The notes: generated from the letters alone by a model not told the origin. Numbered from the stretch's first letter, positions 8,751 through 19,337 are shown. The stretch: 64,000 nt of DNA from Microgenomates group bacterium (GCA_041659805.1 JBAZXP010000001.1:640589-704588), one strand, 5' to 3'. A program made the numbers and translations.

Positions 8751-10543
8751 TGACTACTTTGCAAAAATACCTAGTTCTTTCTTTTGGCTACAGAGATTTA
8801 GTGGGAATAACGGGGGCGGGAGGGATCAAAAGAATTGAATCTGAAATTAAAGCTTACAATTTATATGCAGTATTGGAATCATGTTCGAAAATATCACTCA
8901 CTCTTTTAAATAGAGGCGTAGCAAATCCTCTAGGCCAGGCAGAACTACTAAGTGGAATTTTTTCAAACAAAACACAGCGATTGAGATTTTATGAAATAGC
9001 TAGAGCAAAAGCGGCTGGGTCAGCATGGGCAATTTTTAACCAACAAAGCGTACTTGCTCTTGTAAAGATTGCTCTTGCCAATTGTCCGATCGAAGGAGGA
9101 AAAAGTATTGATACAAGCAACATTGAACAACTTGGTTATTGGCTCCTTATTCTGAATGATGAATGCTTCGCAGAAGAAACCGGCGGACAAATAGCTTTAC
9201 CGAGAGGCCATGAAAGAGAAAGACTTAGGCAAGCTCTTGCCCGGTATCAATTTTTCCATATATCTGAAAGGCTGGGCTATAAAATTGGACGGTTTAGATG
9301 GCTGGTCGACTACTTCAAGACACACAAACCCCATGGAATTGACATAGCAAAACTATTTAATGAAGCTACTGGAGGCGTCCCCTTAGATGATTATATGACT
9401 GTATGTTCCTCTCTACTTGTTAAATGGGTCAATATCTCAAATAAAGAAAAGGTGAACCTAACAAATGATTGGATAACCTGTCCTGATGTGTATTTCAAAG
9501 ACACAAAGTTAGAAAAAATATTAATTAAAAGAGTATTAGAAATGATATCTATGTTACCCCAAGAGTTTGAAAATACATATAAAACCTCTGTTGAAGAAAT
9601 ATTGGGTGGTCATGAACAATTTCATTATAATTTTATGCCTTTAGTCTGGAAACCATTAATTTGGTATCAGGATAAGAAGTGTTTTATATGTCCGTCGGTG
9701 GAATATTTATTCGATAAAGTAACCGATGGTATATACAGAACAATTGAGACCTTTTTACGTAATGAAAAAAGAGGGAAAGATAGAGATACATTCTCAATAG
9801 CATGGGGAGATGCATTTGAACAATATATAAACTCTTCTATGTCAAGTGCATTTGGGAATGATTTTTACCCAAGTTCTATGGATAAGAAATCAAAGGAAGA
9901 AATGGCAGATGGCATTATCGACTCAGCAAGTTTTGTGTTTATAGTAGAGACCAAAAATCTTCATTGGTCATATAAAGCAATGGTAACAGGAGATCTTGAA
10001 AGTTCGGGATCCTCACTCAAGCAATTATTTACAGATAAAGGTCTGGCTCAAATAGCAAAGTGCATAAGGAAAACTAAGAATGGTGAATGGAAGCTACCTG
10101 TAGATATCAAGGATAAACAATTTATTCCCGTTCTTGTGGTATCTGAAGGAATGCCTGGGGATGCATACAATCGTAAACTTTATGAAACAATCGCTGAGAA
10201 AGCTAAGTCAATAATTAATGATAAGGATATCTTACCCTTTATTATTTTAACTGCAGAGGAAATAGAGATACTTGAAGCAATTTCTTCAGAAAAAGGTAGC
10301 GAAGAGACAATACAAATTCTTGCTGAATATGCACACCTGTACGTTACTAAAAATGACTTGGGATACGTTCCTGATGCAATTAGTTTCAAAAATTATCTTT
10401 ATCATAAGGGTTACGAAAAACCACAGCTTTCATCTAATAATAAAAGACTATTAAAATATTTCGATGATGTTATGGATGATGTATGTGTTCAGGCATTCGG
10501 AAGAAAAATAGAAAAGAGACGGAAAAAGAGCAAGGAAGCTTAG
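8751..10543 (+). CDS. Large hypothetical protein (about 597 aa) with a candidate PD-(D/E)xK nuclease-like signature in its C-terminal half
   Basis: ATG at 8751 lies 5 nt after the upstream stop. The ORF track offers an alternative start at 8690 that would overlap the upstream gene. The motif GIIDSASFVFIVETKN at 9911-9957 has the form h-h-D-x8-hhhh-E-x-K. An upstream acidic helix (GDAFEQY) is present. There is no Walker A, and the N-terminal 300 aa are unrecognised. Confidence 0.5.
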
Positions 10544-10674
10544 ATTATAGGATCTTGACAGAGATTTTACACCGAACTCTCTTGAGTTTAAATTGAATTC
10601 AATTGTTGAGGTGGGAGATGCAAAATGGGATATTTTATGAGAGATGTAAGCCTAAAATTTAAATTTAAGCAATT

Positions 10675-10748
10675 TGGAGCGGGATACCAGAATCGAACTG
10701 GCTTCTCTACCTTGGGAAGGTAGCATACTACCGGTATACGAATCCCGC
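10675..10748 (-). tRNA. tRNA-Gly (anticodon CCC), CCA encoded
   Basis: The reverse complement reads GCGGGATTCGTATACCGGTAGTATGCTACCTTCCCAAGGTAGAGAAGCCAGTTCGATTCTGGTATCCCGCTCCA. The anticodon stem is CTACC/GGTAG with loop TTCCCAA. The T-arm is GCCAG-TTCGATT-CTGGT. The D-stem is weak and has G-U pairs. Confidence 0.7.
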
Positions 10749-10788
10749 GCCAATGTTACACATGAGAATTATATCACTCGTGTATAAA

Positions 10789-11481
10789 TCAGCGTGGGAT
10801 TTTTAATACTGTTCCTACTTCGATTGCGTTTGGATTGGCAATATTGTTAGCTTCAGCAATTTTATTAAATTGCATAATGTCACCATATGCTCTTCCTGCA
10901 ATTGTTGATAACCAGTCACCCTTGACTACTGTGTAAGTATCACCATTAATTTTTTCACCCCAGATGGTTTGATTTTCTGCTCCACCTGTTCCTAAGTCTC
11001 CTCCTTTTTCAGTTGAGGGTGCTATGGTTGGTGTTATAGTTACTTCTGCAATTGCTTGTTCAATTTTAGGAATCTCCAAAACTTGTCCTTCTTCAATTGT
11101 ATTTGCGTCGGGTAGGTTATTGGCTTTAACTATTTCAGTATATTTATATCCATCTGTATAATATTTTTGAGCTATCAAAAATAATGTATCACCGTCTTTA
11201 ACTGTGTATTTACCAGGTAAATTTTCAGGTGAAACATCAGTTTGCGTTTCTGCGCTTATTTGATCGGAAGGACCTAAACTGGGTTTGCTGGATTTAAAAT
11301 AATTAAATACTAAAATTCCGGCAATCAATACGATCAGAAGTCCCAGAACCAGGCTTAAATAAGATTGATCTATTTTTAGCTGTTCCTGAAGTTGTTGGAA
11401 TAAAGATTGTTCAGCCACTGCATTTTTTATAGCAGCTTGTTTGACAGTCTTTCTGACTGTTGTTTTTTTAGTTCTTGGCAT
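10789..11481 (-). CDS. LysM-domain protein (two LysM repeats) with an N-terminal membrane anchor
   Basis: One TM helix (LSLVLGLLIVLIAGILVF). Two LysM motifs are present: YTVKDGDTLFLIAQKYY...NNLPDANTIEEGQVLEIP and YTVVKGDWLSTIAGRAYGD...NNIANPNAIEVGTVLKIP. Confidence 0.8.
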   Translation of the reverse strand: MPRTKKTTVRKTVKQAAIKNAVAEQSLFQQLQEQLKIDQSYLSLVLGLLIVLIAGILVFNYFKSSKPSLGPSDQISAETQTDVSPENLPGKYTVKDGDTLFLIAQKYYTDGYKYTEIVKANNLPDANTIEEGQVLEIPKIEQAIAEVTITPTIAPSTEKGGDLGTGGAENQTIWGEKINGDTYTVVKGDWLSTIAGRAYGDIMQFNKIAEANNIANPNAIEVGTVLKIPR

Positions 11482-11585
11482 TTAATTCACCTCCTTTTGT
11501 TGGTGGGCAGAATATTTAGGCAGAAGCATTAATTTGATCAGAAAAATTTATGTTGATTTATATTTAAAGGATTCTGAAATGTTTG

Positions 11586-11921
11586 TCAAGAGCGTTTAGC
11601 TCTTTTAACCACAATTGAGTAACTTTCAGGGTCTAACAGTTGTATAGATGCGTCGAAACCCTTCTTTTTATCTATCCATATGGGATATCCCCAGGGAGTT
11701 GTCTGTATAGATAAATATCTTTCCAGTCCTAACCCAGAGAGTAAAAGAGTTGCAGTATTATATATATATTGGGTTCTGTCTTTGGACGGATGCTCTTTTT
11801 CCAACCATAGGATATTTGATATTTCATCCCAGCTATTTTTGGGTACAATAATTTGTTTTTCCCATCCAAATCTGAATTTTAAGTTTTCAACGGTGCCGTC
11901 GAACATTTCTTTAAATTCCAT
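11586..11921 (-). CDS. Hypothetical protein
   Basis: A 111-aa ORF with no recognisable motif. Confidence 0.3.
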   Translation of the reverse strand: MEFKEMFDGTVENLKFRFGWEKQIIVPKNSWDEISNILWLEKEHPSKDRTQYIYNTATLLLSGLGLERYLSIQTTPWGYPIWIDKKKGFDASIQLLDPESYSIVVKRAKRS

Positions 11922-12075
11922 AGTTGTATTTTAGAGGGGAATAATAATATGTCAAATCTAGATTATCTTACGGGCTTAAAGCAAAAAATCAGGGAGTACT
12001 ATGTGGAAGTATTATGAATCAATATAAAGTGTTAAATAATTTACAAATTTTTGTCTAAATTGTTATAGTTAGGTT

Positions 12076-12465
12076 ATGGATAATCTGACAACCCCAAATT
12101 CGGATGCAGTTTTTTATGAAGATGATAAGGTTTATGCTTGTTTAGCAAGTTTTCCAATTGCAAAAGGTCATTCTATTGTAGTTTGGAAAAAACCAGTAAC
12201 AGATCTACACTTGTTATCAAGAGAAGATTATGAATATTTAATGAATATAGTTGATAAGACTAGAGATGCTTTAATGAAGGTTATGAAAGTAGATAAAGTA
12301 TATTTAATGTACATGGATGAGATCAAACATGTACATTGGCATTTAATTCCCAGACATAATTTAATTGGATTTAATTTGTTAAAACACAAGCCTAAAAAAC
12401 TCAATAGTTTTAATCTTGTTAAGAAATTAACTAGTATGAATGAATTAGCGAATAACAATAGGTAG
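12076..12465 (+). CDS. HIT-family (histidine triad) hydrolase
   Basis: The KHVHWHLIPR histidine-triad motif (HxHxHxx), with an upstream FPIAKGHSIVVWK nucleotide-binding region. Confidence 0.7.
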   Translation: MDNLTTPNSDAVFYEDDKVYACLASFPIAKGHSIVVWKKPVTDLHLLSREDYEYLMNIVDKTRDALMKVMKVDKVYLMYMDEIKHVHWHLIPRHNLIGFNLLKHKPKKLNSFNLVKKLTSMNELANNNR

Positions 12466-12867
12466 AATTTTTCTTTTATCGATAGGCAATCTTAATCGTC
12501 TACTAATTTCTTGTAGCTCTGCTTTTAACGATTCAGCACCTAATTCCATTACATCTGCAGAGAAGTCTTCTCCACCACCGGACATTTGATCAAAAGATAT
12601 TAAAGAAAAGCTCAAAATAGTTCCTGTAGTGCTTAGTTCTCTTCTTAAAATTTCAATTTGATGGTAAATAGAAGCACCCATCTCAGGAGTTTCCCCTTTT
12701 ATCACTACTTGTCTACTAGTGTAACCTTGACTAATTAATTCTTGTAGGGTTTTAGATGCTAAGCGATCTATTTTTAAATACACGTTATTATCCAAAAATT
12801 TAATTTCTTCGTCTATCTCTATTTTAAATTGTTCAAATTTATATGGTTCAACATCCGGTTGACTCAT
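12445..12867 (-). CDS. Hypothetical protein
   Basis: A 140-aa ORF convergent with the HIT gene. Not recognised. Confidence 0.3.
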   Translation of the reverse strand: MSQPDVEPYKFEQFKIEIDEEIKFLDNNVYLKIDRLASKTLQELISQGYTSRQVVIKGETPEMGASIYHQIEILRRELSTTGTILSFSLISFDQMSGGGEDFSADVMELGAESLKAELQEISRRLRLPIDKRKILPIVIR

Positions 12868-12923
12868 TAATAAATTTATACTTAAATATTATAGGTTATT
12901 CAAGAAGTAAAGTCCTTATTAAG

Positions 12924-12996
12924 CGGGACCGACGGGATTCGAACCCGCAACCTCTTCCGTGACAGGGAAGCGCTCTAACCATTGAGCTACGGCCCC
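12924..12996 (-). tRNA. tRNA-Asp (anticodon GTC)
   Basis: The reverse complement reads GGGGCCGTAGCTCAATGGTTAGAGCGCTTCCCTGTCACGGAAGAGGTTGCGGGTTCGAATCCCGTCGGTCCCG. The anticodon stem-loop is CTTCC-CTGTCAC-GGAAG and the T-loop is TTCGAAT. Confidence 0.85.
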
Positions 12997-13100
12997 AAGA
13001 CTGTGATATTGTATCAGAGCCTAGCCACACGGTCAATTAATATATAGCTATTATATCTTATAGTTTGAATTAGAAGTTTATTCTTGTTATAATTCCCCTT

Positions 13101-13388
13101 ATGACAAAAGAGATGGATCGTTCAGAAATGGCGGAATATTGTGCAAATAATTCCGAAGCGCCGTTAATTCATATCGGCAATAAGATGTTTGGGTGGAGAT
13201 CATTTTTCCTGGATTCTGTTGAACAGAGACGTCTGATTATTCTTGAAGCCAATCTGCCTGATAACGGGTCACAAAATATTAAGGAATTTAAATATATATC
13301 AAAAATTACCGGCATGAATATTGATGAAATAGAATGTTTTCAAAGACGGAGCAATGTTTTAATCGTTGTACCGATTGTTTATATATAA
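13101..13388 (+). CDS. Hypothetical protein
   Basis: A 95-aa ORF between tRNA-Asp and polX. No motif. Confidence 0.25.
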   Translation: MTKEMDRSEMAEYCANNSEAPLIHIGNKMFGWRSFFLDSVEQRRLIILEANLPDNGSQNIKEFKYISKITGMNIDEIECFQRRSNVLIVVPIVYI

Positions 13389-13430
13389 AATTGATCTAAA
13401 AGTTATATCATTTGTGTTATATTATTCCTA

Positions 13431-15170
13431 ATGGATTTTAGTAATGCTAAAGTTGCACATTTACTCCGTGATGTAGCCACGGCTTATACTCTCAAAAAAG
13501 GGAATTCTTTTCAAATTAAAGCATATGAATCTGTTGCTGATGCTATAGAACATTCCACTTCTGAGGTTCATGATTTATGGCAGGATAATCAGTTAGACCA
13601 AATTCCAGGTATCGGAGAAAGTTTAAAAGGCCATCTGGATGAATTATTTAAAACAGGAAAAGTTAAGCATTGGATTGACGCAAAAAAAGGTGTACCTCCG
13701 GCTGTATTTAGTTTTCTGGACATCCCGGGAGTAGGTCCTCAGACAGCCTTGAAGCTGGCTAAAGCAGGCGTTAAAGATCTGCACGACCTTGAGAATAAGA
13801 TAAAAACAGATGAGCTAATAAAGCATGGTTTTTCTTCAAAATTTATTGAGCGGTTAAAAACCGGTTTTCTGGAATCACAAACCTTAAAAACAGGGAGGAT
13901 GTTATTGCCTTATGCTTTTGCACAAGCAGAAAAAATTCTTGATTATCTAAAACAGGATAAAAGTATAGAAAAAGTAGACGCATTGGGGTCTCTTCGAAGG
14001 ATGGTTGCAACAATCGGAGACTTAGATTTTGCAATTGCCTCAAATAACCCTGCAGAAGCTTTAAAACATATCCTTTCTATGCCCGGAATAACAGAAGTAG
14101 TAGAAAAAGGGGAGACAAAAGCAACACTGGTAATCTCTTCCGGGTTACATGTTGATTTTTTAATAGCTGATTCAAAATCATATGGTGCTTTACTCCAACA
14201 TTTTACCGGTTCAAAAATGCATAATATTCATTTAAGAAAAATTGCAAATGATAAAGGTTATTCGCTATCAGAAGATGGTGTTAAAAGAATTAAAAGCGGT
14301 GAAGTGATTAAGTGCGACAAAGAAGAAGCTCTATACAATATTTTGGGAATGCAGACACCTATACCCGAAATCAGAGAGGATACAGGGGAAATAGAATCAG
14401 CTTTGGAGCATAAACTACCGAGTTTTATTGACCTAGAGGATATAAAGGGAGATTTACATATTCATTCAAGTTTTAATATTGAGCCCTCTCATGATCTTGG
14501 CGTTAGCAGCTTTGAGCAAATAATAAACAAAGGGAAGAGCTTGGGTTATGACTATATTGGTATGTCAGAACATCAACCCTCAAAATCAAATCATACACCT
14601 GAGCAGATGATTGAACTTATCCAGAAAAAGAAAAAGATTATTGAACAAATTAATTACTCAGACAAAAGTGTTCGAGTACTAAATTTACTCGAATTAGATA
14701 TTATGCCTGATGGATCTTTGTCTGTGCCAGATGAAGCGCTTAAATTATTAGATTTTGGAATTGCAGGTGTTCATTCTTCACATCACCAACCAAAGGATGA
14801 AATGACCAAAAGATTAGTTAAGATTTTAGAGAACCCTTTCGTGAAAGTTTTAACCCATCCAACCGGAAGACTGATTAATGAAAGAGAAGCGTCTGATGCA
14901 GACTGGGATGAAGTTTTTAAAACTGCAGCAAAGCATATGAAAGCTTTAGAAATTAGTGCATATCCGAATAGACTAGATTTGTCGGATCAATTAGTGCGAA
15001 AAGCAAAGACATATGGAGTAAAATTTGTAATTAATACTGACTCTCATGAAGTGTCTCAAATGGAAATGATGGTTTTTGGAGTTTCTGTTGCCAGACGCGG
15101 GTGGCTTACGAAAGAAGACGTAATTAATTCATGGGACTGGAAAAAGTTTGCAAGCTGGCTTGGAATTTAA
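13431..15170 (+). CDS. polX: DNA polymerase/3'-5' exonuclease PolX (Pol beta-like core plus C-terminal PHP domain)
   Basis: The N-terminus has HhH/Pol-beta-like motifs (GIGESLKGHLDEL, PGVGPQTALKLAKAG). The centre has the nucleotidyltransferase-like GSLRRMVATIGDLDFAI. The C-terminus has the PHP motifs DLHIHSSFN...GMSEHQ...HSSHH...THPTGR. Confidence 0.8.
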   Translation: MDFSNAKVAHLLRDVATAYTLKKGNSFQIKAYESVADAIEHSTSEVHDLWQDNQLDQIPGIGESLKGHLDELFKTGKVKHWIDAKKGVPPAVFSFLDIPGVGPQTALKLAKAGVKDLHDLENKIKTDELIKHGFSSKFIERLKTGFLESQTLKTGRMLLPYAFAQAEKILDYLKQDKSIEKVDALGSLRRMVATIGDLDFAIASNNPAEALKHILSMPGITEVVEKGETKATLVISSGLHVDFLIADSKSYGALLQHFTGSKMHNIHLRKIANDKGYSLSEDGVKRIKSGEVIKCDKEEALYNILGMQTPIPEIREDTGEIESALEHKLPSFIDLEDIKGDLHIHSSFNIEPSHDLGVSSFEQIINKGKSLGYDYIGMSEHQPSKSNHTPEQMIELIQKKKKIIEQINYSDKSVRVLNLLELDIMPDGSLSVPDEALKLLDFGIAGVHSSHHQPKDEMTKRLVKILENPFVKVLTHPTGRLINEREASDADWDEVFKTAAKHMKALEISAYPNRLDLSDQLVRKAKTYGVKFVINTDSHEVSQMEMMVFGVSVARRGWLTKEDVINSWDWKKFASWLGI

Positions 15171-15209
15171 ACACTTGCAAAAAGCAAATGCTTTAGTTAG
15201 GATTTAGAT

Positions 15210-15761
15210 ATGTATTTCTTTTTAATTCTTGGACTTATATTAATAGCTGCTCTTGGTTGGTTGTTTTTATCTTACAACCATTTGGTTACACTCCGAAATC
15301 GTGTTCGTGAAGCTTGGTCCCAAATAGATGTTCAACTCAAAAGAAGATCATCCTTAATTCCTAATTTAGTAGAGGTGGTAAAAGGCTATGCCAAACATGA
15401 AAAAGAAGTTTTTGAAAATGTAACAAAAGCCAGAAGCGCTTTGATGCAGGCCAAAGGTCCGACAGACACAGCTGCTGCAAGCAATCAAATGTCTAGTGCT
15501 TTAAAAACTTTATTTGCAGTTGCGGAGAATTATCCTGACCTTAAAGCCTCTGAAAATTTTAAAACCTTACAAACTGAAATTTCTGATACTGAAACAAAAG
15601 TTGCTGCTTCCAGGCAGTTTTATAATACTAATGTATTGGATTATAATAATTCCCTTGAAGTTATGCCAACAGCTTTAATTGCTAATATGCTGCATTTCCA
15701 AAAATCAGATTTTTTCCAGGCCACAGAGGCTGAGAAAAAAGACGTAGAAGTTAAGATGTAG
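15210..15761 (+). CDS. lemA: LemA-family membrane protein
   Basis: N-terminal TM helix followed by [53 protein letters not shown], the conserved LemA core. Confidence 0.8.
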   Translation: MYFFLILGLILIAALGWLFLSYNHLVTLRNRVREAWSQIDVQLKRRSSLIPNLVEVVKGYAKHEKEVFENVTKARSALMQAKGPTDTAAASNQMSSALKTLFAVAENYPDLKASENFKTLQTEISDTETKVAASRQFYNTNVLDYNNSLEVMPTALIANMLHFQKSDFFQATEAEKKDVEVKM

Positions 15762-15786
15762 TTTGTTTTTGTGTTAAAATTACTCC

Positions 15787-16710
15787 ATGGCTGTTGTTAA
15801 TACCGCTTGGGATCAGGTTTCAGGAAATATCTTTAAAACATATGTAATTATGTTTTTGTTCTCCCTTTTTACTATTGCAGTAGTTTATGTGATTGCAATG
15901 GGGTTTGGTTATGGACAAGTTGGTGGATTAGGAATTGTTGGTTTTGCCTTAGTCGCTGCAGGGATTATGAATTTTGTTTCATACTTTTGGTCTGATCAAA
16001 TAGTACTTGGTATATCTGGGGCAAAACTCGTAGAACATGATAAAAATCCCGAAATATACCATCTGGTTGAAAATCTTTGTATTGCAGGAGGGCTTCCTGT
16101 TCCTAAAATTTATACCATAGATGATAGTGCTCCCAATGCTTTTGCTACAGGCAGAGATAAAAATCATGCAGCTATTGCCTTAACCATGGGAATTTTGGAT
16201 AAGTTAAATAAACAAGAGCTGGAGGGAGTGATCGCTCATGAACTTTCACATATAGGTAATAGGGACACATTGCTTATGGCAGTGGTAGCAATTCTGGTAG
16301 GGTCAATCGCCCTACTTTCTGATTTTTTTCTAAGATCAATGTGGTTTGGAGGAGATCGCGATCGGGATAACAATAATATTCTGTTTGTAATTTTGGCAAT
16401 TGCGGCAGCTATTTTAGCACCGATTATTGCAACCCTAATTCAGCTAGCAGTATCCAGGAGACGGGAGTTTTTGGCAGATGCGTCTGCAGTATTATTAACC
16501 CGATATCCGGAAGGGCTTGCAAATGCTCTGCAAAAGATTTCAGCAGACAAAGAACCTCTAGAAGTAGCAAACCGTGGTACGGCACACCTTTACATAACCA
16601 ATCCTTTAAAGGGTAAAGAAGCAACAAGTTGGTTTGTTGGGCTATTTAATACTCATCCGCCGATTGAAGCCCGTCTTAAAGCTCTACGCGAAATGGCTGG
16701 GCAGGTTTAA
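15787..16710 (+). CDS. htpX: Zinc metalloprotease HtpX (peptidase M48)
   Basis: HELSHIGNRD, the HExxH motif, four TM segments and the NAFATG motif. Confidence 0.85.
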   Translation: MAVVNTAWDQVSGNIFKTYVIMFLFSLFTIAVVYVIAMGFGYGQVGGLGIVGFALVAAGIMNFVSYFWSDQIVLGISGAKLVEHDKNPEIYHLVENLCIAGGLPVPKIYTIDDSAPNAFATGRDKNHAAIALTMGILDKLNKQELEGVIAHELSHIGNRDTLLMAVVAILVGSIALLSDFFLRSMWFGGDRDRDNNNILFVILAIAAAILAPIIATLIQLAVSRRREFLADASAVLLTRYPEGLANALQKISADKEPLEVANRGTAHLYITNPLKGKEATSWFVGLFNTHPPIEARLKALREMAGQV

Positions 16711-16743
16711 CCTTTTTGCCTCAAATTAAAGTATAATTCCATT

Positions 16744-17691
16744 ATGCTGATTGATGAAGTTGATATTGTTATAAGAGGGGGACACGGAGGAGCTGGAAAG
16801 GTTTCTTTTTTCCCTGGGCATTATGGCGGACCTGATGGGGGAAACGGAGGGAAAGGCGGAGATGTTTACATCAGAACTGTTTCCGACTTAACTGCATTGA
16901 ATCAATTTTCCAGAAAAAAAATAGTTGAGGGGAAAAACGGTAACCCTGGTGGAAGTAATGTAAAATCAGGCTTAAATGCTGAAGATATAGAAATTATTAT
17001 GCCTGTTGGGGTAACAATGACCAATAAAGAAACAGGTGAGGAGATTAATCTAACTGAAGTTGATCAAAGAATTTTAATTGCTAAAGGTGGTTTGGGAGGA
17101 AAAGGAAATACAGAGTTTAAATCTTCACTTAGAACTACTCCAAAGTTTGCGCAACCAGGTTTAGCTGGTGAGGAATTTTTCTTTAAAGTTAATTTAAAAT
17201 TAATAGCAGATTTCGGGTTGATCGGATTACCGAATGCAGGTAAAAGCAGTTTGCTAAATGAACTAACAAAGGCTAATGTAAAAACTGCAAACTATCCTTT
17301 CACAACTTTGGAACCTAATTTAGGTGTTATGAATACAAAGATTTTAGCTGATATTCCTGGACTTATTGAAGGAGCATCTGAGGGAAAAGGGTTAGGAACC
17401 AGGTTTTTAAAACATATTGAAAAGGTAAACTTATTACTTCATTGTATAACTGCAGAATCAGAAAATTCTATTGAAGATTATAAAGTTGTCAAATCTGAAA
17501 TGGAAAAATTTAATCCTGAGATATTAAAGAAAAAAGAAATAATATTGCTTACCAAAACAGATTTGGTAAATAAGAAGGAACTCTCTGAAAAGTTAAAAAC
17601 ATTAAAAAAGTTAAAGAAAGAAATTCTACCGGTTTCAATTCATGATTGGGATAGTTTAGAAGCTTTAAAAGAATATTTGAAAACTGTATAA
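16744..17691 (+). CDS. obg: GTPase Obg/CgtA. The form is short: Obg fold plus G domain with no long C-terminal extension.
   Basis: The N-terminus is the Gly-rich Obg fold (GGHGGAGKVSFFPGHYGGPDGGNGGKGGDVYI). G1 is GLIGLPNAGKSSLLN and G3 is DIPGLIEGASEGKGLG. Confidence 0.85.
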   Translation: MLIDEVDIVIRGGHGGAGKVSFFPGHYGGPDGGNGGKGGDVYIRTVSDLTALNQFSRKKIVEGKNGNPGGSNVKSGLNAEDIEIIMPVGVTMTNKETGEEINLTEVDQRILIAKGGLGGKGNTEFKSSLRTTPKFAQPGLAGEEFFFKVNLKLIADFGLIGLPNAGKSSLLNELTKANVKTANYPFTTLEPNLGVMNTKILADIPGLIEGASEGKGLGTRFLKHIEKVNLLLHCITAESENSIEDYKVVKSEMEKFNPEILKKKEIILLTKTDLVNKKELSEKLKTLKKLKKEILPVSIHDWDSLEALKEYLKTV

Positions 17692-17698
17692 TTCTGCT

Positions 17699-17992
17699 AT
17701 GAAGCTTTCCAAAGATCAGGTAAAAAAAGTGGCTAAACTTGCCAATCTTTCTTTAACACAAGACGAAGAAGACAAATACGCAGAACAGCTATCCGCGATA
17801 CTCGATTATATTGATCAGTTAAATTCAGCAAAGATTCAAAATGCAGAACCCACATTTAATGTTACAGATTTGAGTAATGTTTTAGCTGAAGATGAAGTTA
17901 AACCGAGTTTAACACAAGACGAAGCCTTGAAAAATGCACCACTTTCTAAAAATGGATTCTTTGAAACCAAAGGAGTTTTTGAAAATGAATGA
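17699..17992 (+). CDS. gatC: Glu/Asp-tRNA amidotransferase subunit C
   Basis: A 97-aa product: [42 protein letters not shown]. It overlaps the gatA start by 8 nt. Confidence 0.8.
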   Translation: MKLSKDQVKKVAKLANLSLTQDEEDKYAEQLSAILDYIDQLNSAKIQNAEPTFNVTDLSNVLAEDEVKPSLTQDEALKNAPLSKNGFFETKGVFENE

Positions 17993-19337
17993 TATAACCA
18001 AATTAAGTTTGTTGGATACTCTGAAAGCCTTGGAGGAAAACAAGTTTTCCAAAGCAGAATTAAATGAAGCATATTTACAAAGAATTAAGGAATTAAATCC
18101 AAAATTAAATGCTTATTTGAAAGTTGTGGAAGATTTACAAGGCATACCGGTCGCCATAAAGGATATAATTTGTACTCAAAATATCGAAACAACTGCGGGA
18201 TCTAAAATACTGAGTAATTTTATTCCCCAATATAATGCTACAGTAGTAAACAAGCTTTTAGAACAAGGTATGGGAATAATCGGAAAAGCAAATATGGATG
18301 AATTTGCCATGGGCTCTTCTGGTGAAAATTCAGCATATGGCGTAACTAAAAATCCATGGGACTTAAATAAAGTTCCTGGTGGTTCTTCTTCTGGTTCTGC
18401 AGCCGCTGTGGCAGCTGACCTTTGTGTTTTTGCACTTGGAACAGATACCGGGGGTTCAATCAGACAGCCCGCATCATTATGTGGGGTTGTTGGGTTAAAA
18501 CCAAGTTATGGTAGAGTTTCAAGGTATGGAGCAATGGCGATGGCCTCATCGTTCGATCAGATTGGCCCGATTACAAAAACAGTAGGGGACGCCAGAAAAG
18601 TTTTGGAGTGGATTTCAGGACCGGATGGTTTTGATAGCAACTGCAATGAAGATAGATTTAAGAGTAAAGATTTAAGATTTAAGAATGATTTAAAAGGATT
18701 TCGGGTGGGTGTGCCGAAGGAATATTTTGGTAAAGGATTAGATTCAGGGGTAGAAAAAGTTATCAGGAAAGCAATTTCTAAATTAGAAGAATTGGGATCA
18801 GAAATTATTGAGGTAAGCTTACCTCATACACAGTACGCAGTAGCAGTATATTATGTTTTGATGGCATCAGAAGTTTCATCAAACCAAGCCCGATTTGACG
18901 GAATAAGATTTGGTTCAAAAAGAGAAGATTTTGGAGAAGAAGTAAAGCGAAGAATAATGCTGGGGACCTTTGCCCTGTCTACCGGTTATTATGATGATTA
19001 TTTTGCTAAGGCTGCCAAAGTCAGGAATCTGATGAAACAGGATTTTGAAAAGGCATTTGAAAAATGTGACGTTATAGTGGGTCCTGTTTCTCCGACAGTT
19101 GCCTGGAATTTGGGAGAGAAAATGAAAGATCCACTAACTATGTATTTATCTGATATTTATACTATTTCTGTAAATTTAGCAGGAATTCCGGGGCTTTCTG
19201 TTCCTTGTGGATTTTCAGAAGGTTTGCCTGTGGGACTTCAGGTTTTAGGAAAATATATGGATGAGGAAACTATATTAAATGTTGGTGAAGTTTATGAGCA
19301 AAATACTAATTGGCATGAGGAGAAACCTAAGTTATGA
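17985..19337 (+). CDS. gatA: Glu/Asp-tRNA amidotransferase subunit A (amidase signature)
   Basis: The amidase signature [13 protein letters not shown] and the catalytic Ser-cisSer-Lys region ([18 protein letters not shown]). The start is chosen at the ATG at 17985, MNDITKLS. Confidence 0.9.
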   Translation: MNDITKLSLLDTLKALEENKFSKAELNEAYLQRIKELNPKLNAYLKVVEDLQGIPVAIKDIICTQNIETTAGSKILSNFIPQYNATVVNKLLEQGMGIIGKANMDEFAMGSSGENSAYGVTKNPWDLNKVPGGSSSGSAAAVAADLCVFALGTDTGGSIRQPASLCGVVGLKPSYGRVSRYGAMAMASSFDQIGPITKTVGDARKVLEWISGPDGFDSNCNEDRFKSKDLRFKNDLKGFRVGVPKEYFGKGLDSGVEKVIRKAISKLEELGSEIIEVSLPHTQYAVAVYYVLMASEVSSNQARFDGIRFGSKREDFGEEVKRRIMLGTFALSTGYYDDYFAKAAKVRNLMKQDFEKAFEKCDVIVGPVSPTVAWNLGEKMKDPLTMYLSDIYTISVNLAGIPGLSVPCGFSEGLPVGLQVLGKYMDEETILNVGEVYEQNTNWHEEKPKL

